Positions 57,608-64,000 of a stretch of 64,000 bases of DNA are shown here, piece after piece. Numbering within the stretch: the stretch's first letter is position 1; the number at the start of each line of letters is the position of its first letter. Under the pieces are notes generated by a model that saw nothing but the letters and a program-made list of their open reading frames with translations, was not told where the DNA came from and did not search any database. The DNA is taken from contig DJWL01000005.1 of NCBI GenBank assembly GCA_002441545.1, positions 7,533-71,532 of the forward strand, given 5' to 3'. The DNA is from Flavobacteriaceae bacterium UBA6231 (GTDB lineage: Bacteria > Bacteroidota > Bacteroidia > Flavobacteriales > Flavobacteriaceae). Made by a program: the position numbers and the translations under genes.

Positions 57608-58121
57608 CATGTCCCCTCTTTCTTTTATGCTATGTATTAATGCTCTTTAAACAATATTGTATTTACTAAAACTTACAGGCCAGTTAGAATGATGGTCTTT
57701 GATAACACATCAAAATCAGAAATTAAGCTTGAAAGGATCTCCTTCTTTAAACTTATGGATTGCTTTTGGAAAACTTTAATAAAACGTTCCATTTTGAGTT
57801 AAATCCACCGCCTTTACATGAACTTTTTAGCTAATAGACTTTATTTTTCACTAAAATATGGAATGTTGCTGTTTTCTACCATGTCCCGATAACATCTACC
57901 AAAAAACCCAAAATACAAAGAGGCATTTTCATTCATAATATTCTTAGGTTCGACTATTTTTTAATAATCAATATCTTTTTTATACATCCTTCCCGAAATA
58001 CATAAATCAGCAAAGGTTATTAATGCCTTATTTTGAAATTGTTTATTTTGAAGGGTATCTGCTATGTTTTTAATATTTAAAGCATAAAGAAATGCCGAAT
58101 CCTTTTGATAAACATAATGTT

Positions 58122-59234
58122 TCATTTAATATTCAACCAATATCGCGTACCTTTCAATGCTCCCGTTTTTATTAGCATTTTCTTATCTAACATGTCCTTT
58201 AAATCACGCGTAGCAGTTGATGCAGACGTTTTTGCAATTCTAATGTAGTTTTCAGCACTTAAGCCCCCTACAAAACCTTGAGGTCCCGCTGCAAATAATC
58301 GATTTACAACTTTTAATTGGCGTTCATTTATTTGATTTGAATAACGATCGAAGAACTTGGCTTTCTCTATTATAAAATCGATGAGCTTTAGGGTGTCCTC
58401 TTGGGCAACTAAAATGGCATGCCCAAAATATAGCAACCAATCGGTTATATCACAGGTTTTATTACTATATTCCAACGCTTCGTAATACCTTTTTTTATTG
58501 GCTTCAATGGTTTTTGACAATGAAATCAATGCAGGTTGTCCAATGCTTTGAGAAATTGATTTTTCTGCTAAGGCACGGGCTATCCTTCCATTGCCGTCTT
58601 CAAACGGATGTATGCTAACAAAATAAAGATGTGCAATACCTGCTTTGGTTAAGGGCAACAAGGTGTTTGGTGTTTCAATATGGAATTTATTGAACCAAGC
58701 TACAAACTGTTCCATTTCTTTTGGCATTTGGTTTGATGGAGGCGCTTGGAAATGAACTGTTGGTCTGTCCAATCTACCCGAAACAACTTGCATAGGGTCT
58801 TCATGGGTTCTATATGCGCCTATGTCTGTTAAGTCCCTTCTTCCGCTTGCTAGCATTCTATGCCAATCGAATAATTGCTGATGGGACAATTGTTTAGAGT
58901 AATTTTGATATAAATCCACCATCATTTCAGAAATGCCAAATTCAGCAGGAGCCACTTTTCTTTTATCTACGCTTAGCCCCAGATTCTTCTTAATGGAAGA
59001 CTGAATACTGTCCCTATCTAAATACTCACCCTCAATTTCCGAGGTTTTTAAGGCCTCATTGGATAGCAATTCAACAATAAACAGCTCTTTCTCATTTTCG
59101 CTAACATGTTTTAAAGCACCTAAAACAGTCCCAATGTTTTTGGAAAACTGTAATTCCACAACTTTTAAAGCTTCTTCGTTATAGGTAAAATGAGGCCATT
59201 CCTTGGATTGCCAATTCCATATTTTACGTTCCAT
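58122..59234 (-). CDS. Fic-family AMPylase (class II, DUF4172-type N-terminus, C-terminal wHTH)
   Basis: HPFEDGNGRIAR catalytic motif; TSEIEG inhibitory motif; STATRDL..M...G..KGTRY wHTH. Confidence 0.9.
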   Translation of the reverse strand: MERKIWNWQSKEWPHFTYNEEALKVVELQFSKNIGTVLGALKHVSENEKELFIVELLSNEALKTSEIEGEYLDRDSIQSSIKKNLGLSVDKRKVAPAEFGISEMMVDLYQNYSKQLSHQQLFDWHRMLASGRRDLTDIGAYRTHEDPMQVVSGRLDRPTVHFQAPPSNQMPKEMEQFVAWFNKFHIETPNTLLPLTKAGIAHLYFVSIHPFEDGNGRIARALAEKSISQSIGQPALISLSKTIEANKKRYYEALEYSNKTCDITDWLLYFGHAILVAQEDTLKLIDFIIEKAKFFDRYSNQINERQLKVVNRLFAAGPQGFVGGLSAENYIRIAKTSASTATRDLKDMLDKKMLIKTGALKGTRYWLNIK

Positions 59235-59235
59235 A

Positions 59236-59307
59236 AGCTATATATCACATATTTATAGCTCAAATATAATACATTTTTGAGCTATATTTTTAATTTTTAT
59301 AGCTCAA
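59236..59307. promoter_or_regulatory. Two AGCTATA-N11-TATAGCT operators over the fic promoter
   Basis: Half-sites at 59236, 59254, 59280 and 59298 (44-bp period); -7 element TATATTTG at 59261-59268 lies between the two operators. Confidence 0.7.
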
Positions 59308-59354
59308 CACCCTCTTTTTACCAACTTTGTTTGGTATTCCAAATTGAAAGCTGA

Positions 59355-59666
59355 TTAAAAGAATTTACAAGTAATCAATACTACAGAAACGACAATATTA
59401 AAAATAAAAACTACCACAGCCCAAGTCGGATAAATCTTAGCTTGGTCAATTTTATCATTAAATCGACTTTCAAAACCTCCTATCATGTTTTTATGTATGT
59501 CCATTTGTTTTTGATGCGCTTCAATAATTGCTTTGTATTCCGCTACATCCATTTTGATTTTGGTCATATTCAATTGTTCATTGATTTTTTCCAGTCTTTC
59601 AATGCCCTTGTTAAAGTCATGGAGCTCATTGACCAAAAGAGAGGTCAGTTCTTCAAGTTTTGTCAT
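59355..59666 (-). CDS. Coiled-coil protein with C-terminal TM helix, downstream of the relaxase
   Basis: 103 aa, co-oriented in the mob operon. Confidence 0.7.
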   Translation of the reverse strand: MTKLEELTSLLVNELHDFNKGIERLEKINEQLNMTKIKMDVAEYKAIIEAHQKQMDIHKNMIGGFESRFNDKIDQAKIYPTWAVVVFIFNIVVSVVLITCKFF

Positions 59667-59681
59667 GATTGTTATGTTTAA

Positions 59682-60545
59682 TTAATATCCTATATCGATT
59701 CCTTTATCGATGGCCCTTTTAATAATAAACTTGGTGATCTTTAAAGCCAGGTTCGGTGTCAGGTCAACCACTTTACCAGCCAGTTTGATACTTACATTGT
59801 TATCTTTTAAAATACTGGCACCTTGAATCCCAGACATCTGTTTGCCAATATTTCCAAGTGACATATTACGATGGACTTCGCTACCTTTAAGATTGTGACC
59901 ATCAAATTCAAATCGAAAGCCCTGTAGTTTGTTCTGGTTGTTTATGCTCGGAATGACTTTAACCCCATTGGCTTCCATCGCTTTTAAATAAGCATCAAAA
60001 GATTTGGGTTTGAACTGTTTCATGGTCAGATCATGCCGGCGTTTGATCTCTGTTCGTATTTCAATTAAATTAAATTCTTTTTCAAATTGGATTTGTTTGA
60101 CGGTGGTCAATCCCATATGTTCTGCTACTTTTTCTACCACCTGTTGACTTCGTTTACCTATAAAGCTGTCGTTATAAGCCACGCCTTTAAAATCAATGCG
60201 GTTGACATATAAATGGATGTGCTTATGCTCTTTGTCCCGGTGTACAAAGGCTATGGCCTGTCGTTCTCCCAGTTTCATTTCATGCATAAAACGTTTGGTG
60301 ATGGCTTGAAGCTCTTCCTTTTCCAATAGCTTGCCATCTTCTATCGTTGGGCTGATGACAAAGGACAAGGTATTTTTTGTACAGTTATGATTTTGGTACT
60401 GGAGCATCTTGAACTCTTGGGCAATCTCTTTTGGGGTATCGCCATGCAGAAACTCTTTAAGTACCACTTCAGCATCCTTTTCCTGGTTCCACCCGTAGGA
60501 CATGGAAGCCATGGTGTGCGATATGCTTTTGCCCTTTCCTATCAT
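59682..60545 (-). CDS. MOB-P-type relaxase
   Basis: N-terminal Tyr (SYG), FVISP, HRDKEHKHIHLYVNRI His triad. Confidence 0.88.
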   Translation of the reverse strand: MIGKGKSISHTMASMSYGWNQEKDAEVVLKEFLHGDTPKEIAQEFKMLQYQNHNCTKNTLSFVISPTIEDGKLLEKEELQAITKRFMHEMKLGERQAIAFVHRDKEHKHIHLYVNRIDFKGVAYNDSFIGKRSQQVVEKVAEHMGLTTVKQIQFEKEFNLIEIRTEIKRRHDLTMKQFKPKSFDAYLKAMEANGVKVIPSINNQNKLQGFRFEFDGHNLKGSEVHRNMSLGNIGKQMSGIQGASILKDNNVSIKLAGKVVDLTPNLALKITKFIIKRAIDKGIDIGY

Positions 60546-61060
60546 GGTTGGAATTTTTTAAGATGTGCCTTGATCTCGTTTGCCAGGTCATAGACTTCCT
60601 GTGTCAATTTGGGATTCCGTTTTTTGAACATGTTCCCAATGGACTTGAAATTGTTATGGTATTTAATCAGCATCTTATAAATATTGATATGTTCTTCAGT
60701 AAACCGTTCCGTGATTTCCTGTTCAAAAAGACTGCGCCGTATGTATTCGCTCAAGGTCAATCCACTTCGTTTTGACTTAACTTTTAGGAGCTTCTTTTCA
60801 TAAACGGAACATCGAAACTTAACGAGGTCACCCTTCCCCTTAAACACTCCTTTTTTTTCTTTGCGACCTTCGGGAGCAAACGAGAATGTGCCCACAGGCA
60901 CACATCTCGAATTCCTACCCACTAGCATTTCGTTTTCCGATAGATCCTCTTCCAGATCGAGTTCCAAGCTATCAGATTGACCGAGTACTTCAGTAGGAAT
61001 CTTTAGTGTCTGCTTCGGCTCATCTTTGAAATAAAAATCATTTTCATCTTTCTTTTCCAT
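60542..61060 (-). CDS. mobC: MobC-like RHH relaxosome accessory protein
   Basis: VKFRCSVYEKKLLKVKSKRSGLTLSEYIRR; NNFKSIGN; 4-nt overlap with the relaxase. Start uncertain (ATG 61060 or GTG 60847). Confidence 0.8.
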   Translation of the reverse strand: MEKKDENDFYFKDEPKQTLKIPTEVLGQSDSLELDLEEDLSENEMLVGRNSRCVPVGTFSFAPEGRKEKKGVFKGKGDLVKFRCSVYEKKLLKVKSKRSGLTLSEYIRRSLFEQEITERFTEEHINIYKMLIKYHNNFKSIGNMFKKRNPKLTQEVYDLANEIKAHLKKFQP

Positions 61061-61898
61061 GGCTTATCAATTCGTTTAAGTCTTTATGGTTTTCATACCT
61101 GCTACTTTTATCCATAGCATGTTTATATGATTCAATTAAATATTTGGTAACCTTTTGTCCGGCTGCATCCCTATCCAAGTAGAGGTGTACCAAATCATAG
61201 GTTTCGAAATTTTTTTCAGCTTCCTTAATAAAGGCAATTGAGTTTAAAACCAGAATATCAGATGTGCTCAAGAGATCTTCATCCAACATGGCCAAGGACA
61301 ATAGATCGAACATGCCTTCCAACACAACAAGCTGTTTGTTTTTGTTTTGGATGTAGGTATAGGATTTAGGACTACTACTGTTTTTAAACAGCTTGTTCCT
61401 TAATTCCCAACCATTTTTATGGTTCCTTAATCCTACAGCAAAAAAGGCTTTGTCTTTATAACTGTACCACACTTCCTTGCAATAGGTTTTGGCAACCTTT
61501 ATGGCAATGCCCCTTGACCTTATATATTGGAGCAGGGCAGGATGTTCCAGTTCCTTTACTTTTATAATATGAATCCTTGATTCCAACGTATTGCCAAAGG
61601 GTTGCCGTTTGATAGGGCCAATAGCATCATTATCATCCAAAAAAGCCAAGGCTTCTTTTATCGTGCACTTTAAAACTTTGCATACCAAATCGATCACATT
61701 GCCCCCAATGCCCTCGCCGTGGTCGTACCATCGGTTCTTGGTCCTGGAGACCTTGAAAGAGGCTTGGGTTTCTGACCGAAAGGGACTCAGAAACCAAGCT
61801 TCTTGTTCCGTTGTGCGATTGGGAAAGTGCCCTAATTTTTCCAGTGCCTTTTCCACTGAAAAATTACGGGCTGTTTCACAATTTATTTTTCTTTTCAT
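61044..61898 (-). CDS. Toprim-domain DNA primase-like protein
   Basis: SPFRSETQASFKV..N.WYDHG.G.GGNVID; VLEGMFD; LYLDRDAAG. Confidence 0.85.
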   Translation of the reverse strand: MKRKINCETARNFSVEKALEKLGHFPNRTTEQEAWFLSPFRSETQASFKVSRTKNRWYDHGEGIGGNVIDLVCKVLKCTIKEALAFLDDNDAIGPIKRQPFGNTLESRIHIIKVKELEHPALLQYIRSRGIAIKVAKTYCKEVWYSYKDKAFFAVGLRNHKNGWELRNKLFKNSSSPKSYTYIQNKNKQLVVLEGMFDLLSLAMLDEDLLSTSDILVLNSIAFIKEAEKNFETYDLVHLYLDRDAAGQKVTKYLIESYKHAMDKSSRYENHKDLNELISHGKER

Positions 61899-62014
61899 CT
61901 GCTTATATTATTTTAAATTTCGGTCAGATGCAACACCCTGAATAATCATCCTCGTGTGTGTGAATGTAGTTCTTATGGGTGTTTCATAAGCCAATGTGTT
62001 TTAGGGTGTTTTTT

Positions 62015-62218
62015 TGATGATATGATGACAGCAGCCTCTAAACCCTTGCCATGACTGGCTTTTCCCTGTCATCATTTTGTCATCAAATCATCATCTATGT
62101 GTTTTTTAATCGCTTTTCTGTCATCATTATTTTTTTTGATGACAGTTTGATGACGGTTTGATGACAGCCTTAGCCCTTATAAACAGGGGCCTCAGCTCAT
62201 TCCGTCATCGTGTCATCA
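62015..62218. repeat. Iteron-like TGATGAC/GTCATCA array (candidate replication origin)
   Basis: Eight exact copies in both orientations, including three tandem 11-bp units TTTGATGAC(A/G)G at 62135-62167. Confidence 0.75.
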
Positions 62219-63402
62219 AAATTTTTGTCCAAAAAATCTTTTTTCACCGTAAAATAGCGTCCTTTTCCATCTGTCAGATTGATATCTCCATCGCTCCAAA
62301 TGACCATTTTTTGGTATTTGTTGGAATTGGATTGGTTCGCTAGTTTCCAATCCACCTTCAGTAGTTTCCTCAGTTGGGTCAGGTCCGTTTTCACCCGGGT
62401 CTTGTTCAGGATGCACAGGGCATCCAAAGGGCACAGGTGCAATTCATCCAGATCAAATTTTTCCATCACGTCCAATAGAATGCTTGCCAGCTCCTTTTCT
62501 ACACGGTTGCGGTTGTTCTGTACCAACTTTGTCAAGGCGGTTGTCTTTATCTGTTGGGCAGTGAACCACATACGGGTTAAGTGTTTTGAATGTAGTTTCC
62601 GGTTTGCTAGATAATAAAGGAAGGCTGGGATTTCTTCAATCAATTTCTCTAAGTAGTTTGTTTGCTCTGCTTCCAGAACCGGTACTTTGATTACCCAGAA
62701 CCGGGTCTCATTGGAATCGATTTTTATAAAGCTTTCTTCATTGTTGCTGCAAAGGATAAACTTGCCAAAGAACTCAACTTCCCGTTTGTCCTTGCCCTTG
62801 GCTTCCAGCTTGTTGATATTGGTGGTACTAAGGTACTTGATGCGCTCAGTAAGTTCCTCCTTATTGAACAGCACTTCGTCAATACATATCAAAAGCTTGT
62901 TTGCCCAATCGGCATTGAACTGGCTGCTAAAGCTGTCATTGGTCAGATAGGTCAGGTTGTTCTCAAAGATTTCCTTGAGCCATTTCAAAAAGGTGCTCTT
63001 TCCCGTGGAGCGTTCCTTGGAGACCAGGCATAATATTGGCAGTACCTGGATGGGCTTTAGATACAACAATTGGAGGTAGTCCAATCCAAGTTCGTGGTGC
63101 TTTCCGAATATGTGCTTTACGAACTTTAGCGATAAGGTAACGTCTCCCTCTTTGGGCACTTTGCCCAAGGGGGAGTAGATGTTATAGAACCCCAGATATT
63201 CCTGTTTAAAATCCAAATGGCTCGGGATGCAGGTAAAGCCATCGTATTTGGGGATCTTGCTCAAATGGTCCTTGCCATGGTCCTGCTTGATGGTCTCCAT
63301 GTTCCACTGCACCAGAATCTCATTGAAGTGACCAGCTATGGTTGGGGCTTTCACGCGTTTATAATAGGACGTGCCCACACGTATATAGGGTATCTGTTTC
63401 AT
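62197..63402 (-). CDS. SF3-type P-loop helicase (primase-helicase / VirE-like, DUF5906-type)
   Basis: SKERSTGKSTF Walker A, ICIDE Walker B, ILCSNN; ATG 63402 preferred. Confidence 0.82.
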   Translation of the reverse strand: MKQIPYIRVGTSYYKRVKAPTIAGHFNEILVQWNMETIKQDHGKDHLSKIPKYDGFTCIPSHLDFKQEYLGFYNIYSPLGKVPKEGDVTLSLKFVKHIFGKHHELGLDYLQLLYLKPIQVLPILCLVSKERSTGKSTFLKWLKEIFENNLTYLTNDSFSSQFNADWANKLLICIDEVLFNKEELTERIKYLSTTNINKLEAKGKDKREVEFFGKFILCSNNEESFIKIDSNETRFWVIKVPVLEAEQTNYLEKLIEEIPAFLYYLANRKLHSKHLTRMWFTAQQIKTTALTKLVQNNRNRVEKELASILLDVMEKFDLDELHLCPLDALCILNKTRVKTDLTQLRKLLKVDWKLANQSNSNKYQKMVIWSDGDINLTDGKGRYFTVKKDFLDKNFDDTMTE

Positions 63403-63470
63403 AAGAAGTGTTTTTGTGCCATGGGATGCCACGGCCAATTGCTAACTGTTTGATTTTGTCTTGAAAAAGT

Positions 63471-63758
63471 TTAGGCATTCTTGTTCGCCAGATTACTTGT
63501 TTGGGTGTTGTCCGTTATTTTTAGTTTGGGTTCTCGCTTATGTTGGAGCAACCAATCCACAAGCCTTTGTTTATCAAAAAAGACCATTTTCCCATTGGGC
63601 TTTGAGTGGGGAATTTTTCCGGAGGCCGTGAGCTTGTATAAATAGCTTCTGGATATGCCCGTATAATCACTGGCTTCATCAAAGGTCAATACTTCTTTGC
63701 TTCCTACAAGTAGTTTTTCTAAACGATCCAATCGTTCCAGTATTAAAATAGTGTCCAT
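63471..63758 (-). CDS. Excisionase-family HTH protein
   Basis: LTFDEASDYTGISRSYLYKLT...IPHSKPNGKMVFF. Confidence 0.87.
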   Translation of the reverse strand: MDTILILERLDRLEKLLVGSKEVLTFDEASDYTGISRSYLYKLTASGKIPHSKPNGKMVFFDKQRLVDWLLQHKREPKLKITDNTQTSNLANKNA

Positions 63759-64000
63759 TTTTATTGTTTTTAGGTTAATAAAATGAACAAAAGCGCTTTT
63801 GCTGTCCCTTATGGGATTATGGTGATAAAGGTATAAAACGGAGCTGTTGAAAGAAGAAAAAAAATTAATTAGTTATTCACAAATAACTGATAAACAATAT
63901 ATTAAATTAAAATAAACTAATTTTTATGACCGTAAAATAAAAACATTTTAATTGGTAAAATTTGGCATCATTTAGCATGAAACTAAATGACCAAAAACAC

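Larger units (their letters stand above)
55597..64000. mobile_element. tRNA-integrated mobilizable element (NBU/IME-like), truncated at the right edge
   Basis: att fragment plus xis, helicase, primase, mobC and relaxase genes; cargo hipBST and fic; core visibly more G+C-rich than the host; no T4SS in the window. Confidence 0.88.

Noticed and set aside
62015-62218. Repeat array as CRISPR
   Set aside because: Units are 7-11 bp in both orientations with no unique spacers and no cas genes.
945-63453. Many short ORFs antisense or out of frame to long genes (e.g. 945-1133, 9128-9352, 39649-40083, 43745-44062, 46560-47003, 62662-63033)
   Set aside because: Fully inside well-supported genes, no motifs; expected shadow ORFs.

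Overview
AT-rich Flavobacteriaceae-type (Bacteroidota) chromosome segment, judged from gene content and recurring TAnnTTTG promoter elements. It has four parts. (1) 1-34.7 kb is mostly conserved housekeeping DNA: ccsBA, kdsC-ubiA-maf, corA, a PIG-L/SSS cluster, a light-stress operon with photolyase, murA, recQ, fmt, HU and tRNA-Met. It is interrupted at 15.5-21.1 kb by an aminotransferase + iorAB + ADP-forming acyl-CoA synthetase module resembling the archaeal aromatic amino-acid fermentation route. That module shares an FNR-like box with ccsBA. (2) 35.4-55.3 kb is a nitrate/nitrite reduction cluster: porin, NrtABCD, Crp/Fnr, an uncharacterised reductase-scaffold/rubredoxin protein, a nitrate reductase fused to an NAD(P)H-flavin domain, NarK, a NarX/NarL-like pair, DUF4202 and NirBD. 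Five of its promoter regions carry a palindrome, TAAGTA-N4-TACTTA. (3) At 55.6 kb a 23-bp tRNA 3' fragment marks an att site. (4) From there to the window edge runs an integrative mobilizable element with hipBST, fic, relaxase/mobC, primase, helicase and excisionase genes. It shows three separate repeat architectures: HipB-type operators, Fic-promoter operators and an iteron-like array. Family assignments come from motif recognition only; no searches were run.
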